A DNA stretch of 64,000 bases, taken from positions 1 through 64,000 of the IMG/VR virus record IMGVR_UViG_2832142748_000002. One strand, written 5' to 3'. Below are positions 55,374-64,000 of the stretch, piece by piece; positions within the stretch are counted from its first letter, which is position 1; each line of letters begins with the position of its first letter. The position numbers were made by a program, and so were the translations under genes. The notes beneath the pieces were generated by a model. It was not told the origin of the DNA. It saw only the letters and a list, made by a program, of their open reading frames with translations, and searched no databases. This DNA is from a virus (lineage: Duplodnaviria > Caudoviricetes).

Positions 55374-55861
55374 CCGCGCACCGTGGTGTGGACGCGGATG
55401 CCGCCCGCGCTGCCCTGGACGAGGGGCCCCAGCAGCGCCAGTACCTGGGAGGGGATGGGCCGGTGCGTCTCCTTCGACGTCTTCAGCGGGCCCACCGTCA
55501 CGCCCTCGTCCACCACGGGCCCGAGGCCGGCCGTCCAGTCCTCGCCCAGCAGCCGGAAGGCGAACTCCGCCACCGCGGCCTTCACGCGCCGGGGGACGGC
55601 GCCCTCCGCCACCGGGCACCCGTCGAGCACCACGCCCCGGCGTGGCCAGGCCAGTGCCTGCTCCGCGTCGGCGCGCGCGCCCAGCCACTCACAGCGCGAG
55701 TCCAGGACGGACGTCGCCCACTGCAGGTGCCGCTCCTTCGCCGCCACGTCAGCAGCGGCCCAGGCGTCGTTGTGGCCGCGCGCCGCGTGGTAGGCGTCCG
55801 CCTCCGCGACGTCGCAGTAGGAGTCGGTGAGCGGGCCGCCGGGGGTGGTGTCGAGCGCCAT
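55370..55861 (-). CDS. Head-tail adaptor (DnaT-like annotation family)
   Basis: DSYCDVAEADAYHAARG...QALAWPR...VPRRVKAA. Confidence 0.8.
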   Translation of the reverse strand: MALDTTPGGPLTDSYCDVAEADAYHAARGHNDAWAAADVAAKERHLQWATSVLDSRCEWLGARADAEQALAWPRRGVVLDGCPVAEGAVPRRVKAAVAEFAFRLLGEDWTAGLGPVVDEGVTVGPLKTSKETHRPIPSQVLALLGPLVQGSAGGIRVHTTVRG

Positions 55862-55882
55862 GGGCAGGTCCTCGTGCGCGGA

Positions 55883-56374
55883 CTACTTCGCCGCCTTGCC
55901 GGCCTTGGGCGCCTTCTCCTGGGCCTCGGTGGCGGGCGCGTCGGTGGCCGGTGCGCCCTTGGCACTGTTCTCGGTGGCGCCAGCGGTCGCACCCGCCTTG
56001 GCCTTCGCCTCCGCGCGCGCCAGCTTCGCCTCCAGGTCCTCGCGCTCGCGCCGGGCCCTCTCCAGCAGGCTCTCGCGCTCGCGGTGGGCCGCCTCCAACT
56101 GGGCCTGCAAATCCTCCACGTCCCGCGCGCTCACCTCCGAGGACGCCCCGCGGGCGGACGGCGTCTCGCCCTGGGACGCCAGCCAGGCGCGGTGCGCCTC
56201 GCGCCCTTCCAGGCTGCCCTCGGGGTAGGCGCTGTAGTAGCGCGTGAGGAGGCGCTGCGCGTGCTCACTGCCGCGCGAGGGGAGGATGAGCTCTCCCTCC
56301 TCGAAGCGGAAGCCGCCCAGCTCAATGTCCTTGCCCGCGTTCGGGCCCACCAAAACCATACGAATGCCGTCCAT
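55883..56374 (-). CDS. Hypothetical head-associated protein
   Basis: Lies between capsid and adaptor; Ala/Lys-rich tail. Confidence 0.65.
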   Translation of the reverse strand: MDGIRMVLVGPNAGKDIELGGFRFEEGELILPSRGSEHAQRLLTRYYSAYPEGSLEGREAHRAWLASQGETPSARGASSEVSARDVEDLQAQLEAAHRERESLLERARREREDLEAKLARAEAKAKAGATAGATENSAKGAPATDAPATEAQEKAPKAGKAAK

Positions 56375-56448
56375 GCGAAAGGCTCCTGTGCTGCCGAAGG
56401 TGTGAGGGAAGGAGGAGGGGCTGCCGACGCGGCCGACTCCTGGTGACG

Positions 56449-57381
56449 TCAGGCGAGGGGCGCGACGCGCACGCCCTTCACCACCGCGAGGGCGTAGTCG
56501 TTGTAGTTGGCCATGCCGCAGTACCAGACGATGCGGTCGATGCTCTCGTCCTTGGCCTGCGCCTCGCCCACCGTCTTGATGTGGATGCCCGCGCTGTCGC
56601 CCGGCGCCGTCAGCCCGGCGATGCCCACCTTCCGGCTGCCGTCGTCGAAGCAGCCCGCGGCGATGGTGGTGCAGTCGGTGGCCGTCCCCTGCGTCTGGTT
56701 GGTGGGGATGGAGTCATTCACGAAGATGGGAATGCCCCGGTACACCGGCACCGTCTTCCCACTGGGCAGGGTGAGGACGTCGTTGATGCTCGCGCCCCCC
56801 AGCTTGCGCAGGTAGGCGTAGTGCCGGTTGAGGAGCACCTCCGCCATGGTGATGAAGTCCACCTCGCCGTCCTTCGCCTTCACCTTCGAGATGAGGTCGT
56901 CGAGGATGCCCACGTCGTAGAGGGCGCCGTTGGTGCCGGCCACCAGCGTCTGGCCCGCCGCTACCTGGGTGAGGAGGCCGGGGAACTCGTCGTTGAGCCC
57001 CGTGCCGTTGATGAACATGTTGCGGAAGCGGCGCCCCGCGGCCTTCGCCTTGCTGGCCACCTGGTACGTCCGCTGGTCGTTGACGTTGCTGCGCGTGGCC
57101 TGGATGAGTCCGTCCACCTCCGCGTCGCCGATGATGCGCGTCAGCGTCGCGGTGGACTGCTCCACCGTGGCCGGATTCTTCGCGGTGATGGTGCCGCCGA
57201 CGCCGAGCACCTGCACGTCACCCAGCACCGACTCCTTGTTCCACGTGTGCGAGTTGCCCTCCAACTCGTCGAAGGGCAGCCGCTCGTAGAGGCGGTCGGT
57301 GGTGATGATGGTTTCGACGACACCGGCAACCAGGTCGTCTTTGCACAGCTTGGCGGACTCAGCGAGGGTGATGGAAGGCAT
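56449..57381 (-). CDS. Major capsid protein (HK97 fold)
   Basis: MPSITLAESAKL...LPFDELEGN...IIGDAEVD; follows the scaffold; GAGGAG RBS. Confidence 0.85.
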   Translation of the reverse strand: MPSITLAESAKLCKDDLVAGVVETIITTDRLYERLPFDELEGNSHTWNKESVLGDVQVLGVGGTITAKNPATVEQSTATLTRIIGDAEVDGLIQATRSNVNDQRTYQVASKAKAAGRRFRNMFINGTGLNDEFPGLLTQVAAGQTLVAGTNGALYDVGILDDLISKVKAKDGEVDFITMAEVLLNRHYAYLRKLGGASINDVLTLPSGKTVPVYRGIPIFVNDSIPTNQTQGTATDCTTIAAGCFDDGSRKVGIAGLTAPGDSAGIHIKTVGEAQAKDESIDRIVWYCGMANYNDYALAVVKGVRVAPLA

Positions 57382-57554
57382 GCGGGTGGACTCCTCCTCG
57401 GGGAGAGGGAGGTGAAACAGGGCGGGAAGACGCGCCAAGGGCGAAGGGGTGTCAGGGCCCCGGGGCGTATGAAAGGGATTGGACGAGAGGGGCACTGCCG
57501 GGCATCCCGCCCGGTTCGCCTCGGTGACGCATCCCGCGTCCTCGGGGCCTACTC

Positions 57555-58304
57555 CTATTTGCGATTGGCCAAGCCCGCCGAGATGCGCTGCGTCGGGTTC
57601 AGCTTGTCGCTACCGCTGGGCATCGCGCCCGTCCTCGGCCCCGGTTGCGTCCCGCTTCCGGAGGCACTCGTGCTGTCGAAGGCACGAGCGAAGTTGGCGT
57701 CCTTCTTGAGCTCCGTGACGAACTCTCGAATCGTCAGGAAGCCGCCCTTGCCGTTGCCGCGAGGATCGCCCTCCGCGTCAACAACCCGAGCCAAGAATGA
57801 ACCACCTTCCTCAATCACTTTCACATGCTTCTGGACGTGGGGCAAGAGCAACACCGCACTTCCTTTCAGCTCCGCGAGGGCTGCCGTGGCCTCCGCGTCC
57901 ACGAGGTGCTTGTGGAGCGAGGCGCGCATGCGCTCCACGACGGTGTCGCGCTCGCCGAGCGCCTTCGCGTGGCCGGCCTCGAGGTCCGCCTTCAGCTTCT
58001 CGAAGTTGGCAGCGCCGTCCTTCCCTTCCTGGGCCTTCGCCAGCGCCGCCTTCAGCTCGCCGAGGGACTTCTCCACGTCCTCCGGCGTCTTGCCGAGCTT
58101 CAGCCACGCCGCCTGGGCCGTCGTCAGCGCCTTGCTGCTCTTGCGCTCCTTGTCCAGGGCGGTGGTGAGCCCACTGTGGTCCATGCGCTTGAAGACGTCC
58201 GCGTCGAGGGCGAACTTGCCGCCCTCCCCCTTCGCGTACAGCCCGCGGAACTTCTCCGGGACGATGTCCAGCGCGTCCAGCTCCTGCTGCCACTCGAATT
58301 CCAC
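57555..58304 (-). CDS. Capsid scaffolding protein
   Basis: Coiled coil, GLTTALDKERK, C-terminal SGSG...NPTQRISAGL. Confidence 0.8.
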   Translation of the reverse strand: MEFEWQQELDALDIVPEKFRGLYAKGEGGKFALDADVFKRMDHSGLTTALDKERKSSKALTTAQAAWLKLGKTPEDVEKSLGELKAALAKAQEGKDGAANFEKLKADLEAGHAKALGERDTVVERMRASLHKHLVDAEATAALAELKGSAVLLLPHVQKHVKVIEEGGSFLARVVDAEGDPRGNGKGGFLTIREFVTELKKDANFARAFDSTSASGSGTQPGPRTGAMPSGSDKLNPTQRISAGLANRK

Positions 58305-58334
58305 GTGTCTGCCTTTCTCGGCCCAACGGGCCGG

Positions 58335-59534
58335 CTACAGCTGTGCCTTCTTGAAAGCGGCGGCCTCGGTGGCGCGCAGCGCGTCCAGGGTGAGCGTCTT
58401 GCCGCTGGCGTCGGTGAAGCTGCCGAGGCGGAGGCCTCCGTCCCGGAAGAGGCGCCCGCGCGCGGGCCCCAACACCTCGTCCTGGAAGCTGGTGGGCTGA
58501 CGGCGCAGCCAGTCCTCGTAGGACAGGCCCTTCGGCGCGGAGCCGATGTTCTCCTTGGCCCAGCGCTCGCGGACGCGCTTCACCGCAGCGCCGCGCTCCT
58601 TCTCCGTCATGTCCTTCCATGCCTCGCCGGCCTTCGCCTTTGCCTCGGCCCGGAAGTCGATTTCCCGGTTCCGCCTGTCGCGCGTGTCCCGGACGGTGGG
58701 CCTGTCGCCCACGAGGCGCACGCCGTCGATGACGGGGATGGTGGTGCTGCGGCAGCGCCAGTGCGCCGGCGGTCGCGGGCCCCCGCGCACCGGGAAGGTG
58801 TGGCCGTCACGGGAGGCGCACAGCAGCGTGGTGCGGCCGTCCAGCGTGGACACCCAGCGCACCTCTCGCACCAGGTCCTCGTTGGCCCGGTACACCTCCT
58901 CGCGGGCCTGGGTGGCCACGTGGTTGAGGGCGGTGCGCGCCACGGCTTCCGCGCCGCGGCGGCTGCCCTCCAGTGCCCCATCCCCGCTGACGAGGTCCCG
59001 GACAATCTGCTGCGTCGTCCGGCCCTCCACCACCCCGGCCTGAATGGTGCGCTCGATGCGCGCCAGGTCCGCCGGCTCCATGCCGCCCACCCACGTCTCG
59101 AAGAGGGCGCCGTTGAAGGGCCTGGAGAAGACGGCCGCCTCCAGCACCTCCGCCGTGGGCGCGGCGATGGAGACGTCCACGATGAGCGTCTCCTCCAGCA
59201 GGGCCGCCTGCCACCGCGCCTCGTACGCCGCGAAGGAGGCCGCCTCCTCCTGCAGCGTGCTGGAGATGGCCGCGTAGGCTCCGGCCCGGAGGGTGCGCAC
59301 CTCGGACAGCAGGCCCGCGATGCGCTCCGTCGTCTCGCGGCCGGTGTCGTACCCGCCCGTGTCCTCGACGGCCTGGAGGCGCGAGGCGAGCTGCTCCGTC
59401 AGGCGCTCCTCCGTGTCATTGAGGAGGCCCACGACGCGCCGGGCGACGCCCGCCTTGTAGCGCTCCAGCTGGACGGCGTGCGCGACGGAGCGCTCCAGCA
59501 GCTCCTCGTTGGCGGTGGGGAGGCCGGTGCTCAC
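58335..59534 (-). CDS. SPP1 gp7 / Mu gpF-like head morphogenesis protein
   Basis: VARTALNH...RWVSTLDGRTT..C...PPAHWRCRSTTIP. Confidence 0.9.
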   Translation of the reverse strand: MSTGLPTANEELLERSVAHAVQLERYKAGVARRVVGLLNDTEERLTEQLASRLQAVEDTGGYDTGRETTERIAGLLSEVRTLRAGAYAAISSTLQEEAASFAAYEARWQAALLEETLIVDVSIAAPTAEVLEAAVFSRPFNGALFETWVGGMEPADLARIERTIQAGVVEGRTTQQIVRDLVSGDGALEGSRRGAEAVARTALNHVATQAREEVYRANEDLVREVRWVSTLDGRTTLLCASRDGHTFPVRGGPRPPAHWRCRSTTIPVIDGVRLVGDRPTVRDTRDRRNREIDFRAEAKAKAGEAWKDMTEKERGAAVKRVRERWAKENIGSAPKGLSYEDWLRRQPTSFQDEVLGPARGRLFRDGGLRLGSFTDASGKTLTLDALRATEAAAFKKAQL

Positions 59535-59749
59535 CGCGTCCCCCGCTTCACCTGGACGGGTGCGTTGGAGCGCTGCTCGCGGAGATGCCGCGCCTGATGC
59601 AGCTCACGCAGACGGCGGCGTACCTTCCGCGCACCGCGGCGGTTGGAGCGGAACCAGTGGGCGGCCCGCGCGAAGTCTTCCGTGAGGCACGGCAGTTGCT
59701 CCCCAAGGAGTCCCGCCGCGCACAGCGTCTCGTCATGGAGCAGCTTCAC
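59531..59749 (-). CDS. Small basic hypothetical protein
   Basis: Four-base start/stop overlaps with both portal and gp7. Confidence 0.55.
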   Translation of the reverse strand: MKLLHDETLCAAGLLGEQLPCLTEDFARAAHWFRSNRRGARKVRRRLRELHQARHLREQRSNAPVQVKRGTR

Positions 59750-61227
59750 AGGGCACCTCCGGCGAGCTGCCCAGGCCCCTGCGCGGACGGCACCTGGCCG
59801 CCAGCCGCCGGCGCCGTGCGGAGGCTGCCCAGGGCGGGCCCCTCGCTCGCGAGGCGCTCCCCATCCGCCTCCACGTCGAAGTCGGCCATGAGGACGCCGC
59901 GGCGCTTGAGCTCCGCCAGGAAGGCCTCGCGGGAAATCTCCCGGGCCGCGCGCGCCTTGAAGAGGACGTCCAGGCCCTGCGCGTCAGACTCGGAGATGCC
60001 GAAGTCGGTGTGCACCTCCACCTTCAGCTTCGCGTCTTCCACGTCCAGGGCCAGCCACCGGGCCGCGAAGTAAAAAGCCAGCTCCAGCGCGTCGCTGAAG
60101 GACTCCGCCATGGCCTGCAGCTCGGAGTGCGACTGCGCGGTGTTGATCGACTTCTCGGTGGCCGTGGGGGTGCCGGAGCGCCGGACGAGGAGTTCCACGC
60201 CCAGCATGGCCATCTCGTCCTTCAAGTCCTCCAGGTCCTGCCGGCCGGCCTCGATGGCCTTCCCCGAGTGCTCGACGTAGTAGAACTTCCCCTGCGGACT
60301 GCTGGTGGTGAGGAGCGCGTGGGGCCCCACCGTCACCTTCCCCGAGCCTCGTGACTCCCCTTCCCCGCGGTCCTGCTCCAGCCCAGAGGCCGCCAGGATG
60401 GGGAAGCGCGCCACGTTGAGGATGTTCCGCTGGTCGCTGGCGGACTGCCAGTGCTCCACGTTCTTGTCCGCCAGGTCCATCAGCGGCGGCTTCGCGGCGC
60501 ACAGGGCCGTGCGCTCCCCGGCGTACCAGGTGACGAGGGGGATGAAGCCCAGCGTGTTGGGGCCGCTCGCAGCCTCCTTCCACTCGCTGGTGCCGCTGCG
60601 CTCGTAGACGGTCCAGGTGTCGCGCTCGAGGACGCGCACCCGCTCCACCTTCACCTCGTCGAAGCCGTCCCGGCGCGTCTCGCTCTCGCGGATGCGCACG
60701 TGGGTGAGCACCTCCACCCCGCCCACCGTCTCCGCGTACGCGGCGATGAGGGACTCGGCGGAGACGTGCACGAAGTAAGGGCGGAGGCCGGCGCGCTGCT
60801 CGTCCTCCAGCGTCTTCACCGTCTCCGAGTCCACCACCGGGAAGTCCACGAGGATGTGGGCGAGGCCCTTGGCCAGGCCGTCCCGGAAGACGCCGCGGGC
60901 CCAGGCGGTGACGTCGCTGCCCTGCCTGTCCACGTCATCCACCAGGACGCGCAGCGGCTCCGGCGCGGAGTCGCCCAGGCGCACCGGCTTGGCGAAGGGC
61001 TTCGCGGCGAGGTTGCGCACCGTCTTGCCGAAGACGTTGAGGAGGACGGCGCGCGCGAGGCGCTCCTTGTACGCCGCGTCCTCCTCCGCGTGGTACTGCG
61101 GCAGGTAGGTGCGGCCGGCGGCGCGCATGGTGCCGGTGCCGCCCAGGAGGGCCAGGACGAGGGCCCATGCGGGCTGCATGGCCCGGTAGGCGCCGCTGGG
61201 GGTGCTGACGTCGGAGGCGCCGCTCAT
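59746..61227 (-). CDS. Portal protein (DUF4055-like)
   Basis: LLGGTGTMRAAGRTYLP...Y..RLARAVLLN...KPPLMDLA..NVEHWQSASD. Confidence 0.9.
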   Translation of the reverse strand: MSGASDVSTPSGAYRAMQPAWALVLALLGGTGTMRAAGRTYLPQYHAEEDAAYKERLARAVLLNVFGKTVRNLAAKPFAKPVRLGDSAPEPLRVLVDDVDRQGSDVTAWARGVFRDGLAKGLAHILVDFPVVDSETVKTLEDEQRAGLRPYFVHVSAESLIAAYAETVGGVEVLTHVRIRESETRRDGFDEVKVERVRVLERDTWTVYERSGTSEWKEAASGPNTLGFIPLVTWYAGERTALCAAKPPLMDLADKNVEHWQSASDQRNILNVARFPILAASGLEQDRGEGESRGSGKVTVGPHALLTTSSPQGKFYYVEHSGKAIEAGRQDLEDLKDEMAMLGVELLVRRSGTPTATEKSINTAQSHSELQAMAESFSDALELAFYFAARWLALDVEDAKLKVEVHTDFGISESDAQGLDVLFKARAAREISREAFLAELKRRGVLMADFDVEADGERLASEGPALGSLRTAPAAGGQVPSAQGPGQLAGGAL

Positions 61228-61760
61228 CCGGGCACCACGAGGAAGGGGCCTCGCACGCCGTTGTTGAAGCGCTCCGCCGCGCGAAGGGCCGTACGCACGC
61301 GCTCCACCGGCTTCGCGCCCTTGGTGGCGAAAAGGGCTCCGCGCGCGACGTCCGCACCGCAGCCGACAGCCGCGAAGGAGTCCCGCGACTCGCCCACCTG
61401 GTAGTCGTCTTCGACCGTGAAGAGGCGGCCGCAGACGCCCACCAGGAAGTGGCCACCGCGCTCCTGTCCGTTCTCCTGGTGCGCGAAACCCGCGTCCTTC
61501 AGCGTCGCGCGCAAGGCATCAACGAAGTCCACCACCATGAAGCGCTCCAGGGCGCTTGTCCGGCGAGGTGGCGGCGGCGGCCGGAAGGCGTGGCGCAGCA
61601 CCTGTCCCATCCGGAAGGAGGTGGTGAAACCGAGGACGTAGGGCCCGTTGCGGAACACCTTCGCGTCCTTCCGCACCACCAACTGCCAGCTGTTGGAGCC
61701 AGCGCTGTCCCCGCCGACGTACACGCGTCCCTGGTGAACCACTCCGGCAATGCACGTCAC
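61224..61760 (-). CDS. HslV / proteasome-beta-like Ntn threonine peptidase
   Basis: After Met removal: T1, D17 and K33 at canonical spacing; AAVGCG in place of AIGSG. Confidence 0.8.
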   Translation of the reverse strand: MTCIAGVVHQGRVYVGGDSAGSNSWQLVVRKDAKVFRNGPYVLGFTTSFRMGQVLRHAFRPPPPPRRTSALERFMVVDFVDALRATLKDAGFAHQENGQERGGHFLVGVCGRLFTVEDDYQVGESRDSFAAVGCGADVARGALFATKGAKPVERVRTALRAAERFNNGVRGPFLVVPG

Positions 61761-62254
61761 AGCACCACCTCCATGCGGCGGATCGCCGCCTCGCCGCACA
61801 CCGCGGTGAAGACGCTCGCCACCACGTGGCCCTGCATCGCGGACGGGCCGGACAGCAGCAGGTGCAGCACCTCCGGCCGCTCGGCGTTGAGGGTCTCGCG
61901 AACGGAGGCCTCGTCGGTGCGCGACAACCTGGCGGGCCCACCCGGGTGGGTGTGCCAGTCGCCCAGGTAGCGCAGGCACGGAGACACCCGGCCCAGGAGG
62001 CGGTTGTCGCGGACGCGGTCCGCCGCGAAGCCCACGCGGCCGCGCACGGCACGCCGGCCTGGGCCGGTGATGGCGAGCACGTGGGCCTCGCCGTCCACCA
62101 CGGCGCCCAGCAGCAGGCCGCCCGTCTCCAGCGGGGCGCGTACCCGCGCCAGGCGCAGGGCCTTCGCCAAGACGCCGGGCGCCAGGCGCACGCGGTAGCC
62201 GTCGGAGACGTAAAGGGCCGGCGCCGACGCCGACGGCAGCGGGCAGGCCATCAC
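61757..62254 (-). CDS. Prok-JAB / JAMM metalloisopeptidase (deubiquitinase-like)
   Basis: ETGGLLLG...AITGPG...YLGDWHTHPGGPARLSRTD = E...HxH-x7-S-x2-D. Confidence 0.88.
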   Translation of the reverse strand: MMACPLPSASAPALYVSDGYRVRLAPGVLAKALRLARVRAPLETGGLLLGAVVDGEAHVLAITGPGRRAVRGRVGFAADRVRDNRLLGRVSPCLRYLGDWHTHPGGPARLSRTDEASVRETLNAERPEVLHLLLSGPSAMQGHVVASVFTAVCGEAAIRRMEVVL

Positions 62255-63807
62255 CGGTAGCTCCTCACCTGGAAGGTGGCGGTCCCCTCGCCGAGCATCA
62301 GCTCCGTGAGGGCCCACACCTCCGCGTCCATGCGGTTGGGGCTCCAGGTGGACTCCCCGGGCACCCACGTCGTCTGCTCGTCCTCCAGCGCGGGCAGGCG
62401 CCCCACGTGGTGGGCCATGCCGCGCTCGAAGAGGGCCGCCACCGGCTCCGCGCGCTTCGCCTTGCCACGCGAGGCCGTCACCACCTTTACGGTGACGTGC
62501 TTCTTCATCTCGCGGGCCTTGGCGCGGAGGTTCGTCTCCACCATGTCGCCGCCGAAGTTCTTCTCGCCCACAACAGCGTCCGCGCTCTCTTTCTCGTAGA
62601 CGGCCAGGGACTTCGCGGCCCATCCCTCCGCGGAGTACTTCGCGGAGTCGTCGCGCCAAACGTAGGCGTGGCCGTTGCTGGCCTTGCCCGCGCAGACGAT
62701 GCCCACCTCGTCGTTGGCGGGCCCGTCGCCGCCGGCAGGGTCGACCGCCACCACCACGCGCACCATGGGCAGGGGGTTGCCCTCGGCGTCCTTCGGCAGC
62801 GAGGAGACGCGGGTGTTGTCCAGCACCTCCTGCGTCCACAGCGCGCCCACCGCTGCGGCCTTGAAGGCCTCCTCCACCGTCGCCGGGTACTCGCGGCGGA
62901 AGTCGTGGATGCCCTTCTCGTAGACGGAAATCTTCGCCCGGCGCCAGGCGAGCTGCGCGTCGTCCAGCTCGAAGCCGTGCGCCTCGCGGCAGAGGGCGGC
63001 GTACCGCTCCTCCTCGCTGGTGCGCTCGAAGCCGGGCGGCACCTCGCGCCGGTACTCCTCCTGCCAGAACCAGGGGACGAAGATGAGCTCGAAGTCGTTC
63101 TCCCCCTTCTGCGCCGCCATGCACAGGTGGTGGAAGAGGCCCTGGGGCCCGTCGCTGGTGCTCTCCAGGATGACTTCGGTGCCCGGCGCCGTCGGCACGC
63201 CCTCCATGACGCCGCGCATGTGCGTCGCGGCGTTGGGCCAGAAGGCCACCTCGCTGCCGTGGAAGTACTGGATGGTGGAGGAGCGGCCCGTCCCTTTCGC
63301 GCCCGCAGTGCCCACCTTGTAGCCGGAGGACAGCTTGTCGAAGAGGAGCTCCTTCGCGTTGGAGGCGCTCGTCGAAGGCTTCACCAGGGCCGGAACGTGG
63401 TCGTGGTACCTCTTCGCCATGTCGAAGAGGTTCACCGTCGCCGCGTCCTCGTGCGTGAGGATGTAGGCGCGCACGCCCTTCAGGTGGCTCACCTTCCAGT
63501 AGAAGCGGGCCTCGACGTACGTGCTGCAGCCCTGCTGGCGCCCCTTCAGGACGATGGCGCGCACGAAGCCCCGGCGCTTCAGCTGGGCCTCCAGCCGCTC
63601 GTGGATGTACAGCTGCGCGCGGTTCAGCTTCAGCGCCGGCAGCTCCCCGCCCGTCACCTCCTTCGGGCGGATGCGCAGGCACCGCGAGGCGTAGTGCGGG
63701 AAGTCGTCCTTCAGCCGCTGGCGGATGGCCTTCTCTCGCGCAGAGAGGGGCGCTGGGGCCGCGCCCTGGCGGGACTCGGCCGCGCGGCGGCGGGCGGGGG
63801 CGCTCAT
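62251..63807 (-). CDS. terL: Terminase large subunit
   Basis: IVLKGRQQGCST, FHGSEVAFW, ILEST..G, VVAVDPAGG, RMDAEVWAL. Confidence 0.93.
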   Translation of the reverse strand: MSAPARRRAAESRQGAAPAPLSAREKAIRQRLKDDFPHYASRCLRIRPKEVTGGELPALKLNRAQLYIHERLEAQLKRRGFVRAIVLKGRQQGCSTYVEARFYWKVSHLKGVRAYILTHEDAATVNLFDMAKRYHDHVPALVKPSTSASNAKELLFDKLSSGYKVGTAGAKGTGRSSTIQYFHGSEVAFWPNAATHMRGVMEGVPTAPGTEVILESTSDGPQGLFHHLCMAAQKGENDFELIFVPWFWQEEYRREVPPGFERTSEEERYAALCREAHGFELDDAQLAWRRAKISVYEKGIHDFRREYPATVEEAFKAAAVGALWTQEVLDNTRVSSLPKDAEGNPLPMVRVVVAVDPAGGDGPANDEVGIVCAGKASNGHAYVWRDDSAKYSAEGWAAKSLAVYEKESADAVVGEKNFGGDMVETNLRAKAREMKKHVTVKVVTASRGKAKRAEPVAALFERGMAHHVGRLPALEDEQTTWVPGESTWSPNRMDAEVWALTELMLGEGTATFQVRSYR

Positions 63808-64000
63808 TCCAGCGCCCCCAGCGCGTCCTCGTGGCTGAACTGGACGGTGGTCTCCACCTTGTCGACGAAGAGGCGCAGGTGCTTGCCCAGCAGCTCCAAG
63901 GACTTCGTCTTGTCCCAGAGCTTCACCTTGGCCACGGTGCCGATGGCCTCGCCGTCCACGGTGAGCTGCTCCACCTCGATGGAGGAGATGGCTCGGCGCA
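63804..64000 (-). CDS. terS: Terminase small subunit (partial, C-terminal end)
   Basis: AISSIEVEQ...KVKLWDKTKSLELLGKHLRLF; ATGA overlap with terL. Confidence 0.85.
   Translation of the reverse strand, partial: RRAISSIEVEQLTVDGEAIGTVAKVKLWDKTKSLELLGKHLRLFVDKVETTVQFSHEDALGALE

Larger units (their letters stand above)
8061..64000. mobile_element. Siphovirus-like prophage with lambda-like tail tip; continues beyond the window
   Basis: att, int, xis, repressor, ERF, lysis, tail, head, portal and terminase genes in canonical modules. Confidence 0.95.

Noticed and set aside
62255-63682. N-terminal ~477 aa of the 641-aa ORF 61757-63682
   Set aside because: It is an alternate frame of terL; only the last ~165 aa (the JAB, starting at the terL stop) look genuine.

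Overview
A GC-rich myxobacterial-type window. Bases 1-8060 are accessory DNA: the end of an IS66, a HelD-like helicase, a SitA-like lipoprotein toxin with SMI1/KNR4 immunity, and a large mosaic lipoprotein. From about 8061 to beyond 64000 lies a siphovirus-like prophage integrated in tRNA-Arg(CCU). The displaced tRNA 3' half and its terminator lie inside the integrase ORF, as in Mx8 where att is within int. The prophage has int/xis, an RHH repressor switch, and an early arm (ERF, a VegA-like protein). An 8 kb envelope/conflict cargo block follows (HEAT-TM-NACHT receptor, DUF4157-like peptidase plus lipoprotein, a second SitAI-like pair), then an IS630, a DNA methylase, lysis genes, a lambda-like tail (H, M, L, K, I, J) interrupted by several morons, head genes, portal and terminase. 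Most striking: (1) a JAB/JAMM isopeptidase and an HslV/proteasome-beta-like Thr protease translationally coupled between terL and portal; (2) two paralogous C-terminal Hint domains, on the gpI-like protein and on a tail fibre; (3) a membrane-spanning NACHT with an N-terminal 33-aa HEAT array; (4) morons repeatedly bracketed by displaced copies of gene 3' ends. All family calls come from motif recognition by eye; no database search was run. Many starts were refined by hand from the ORF track.
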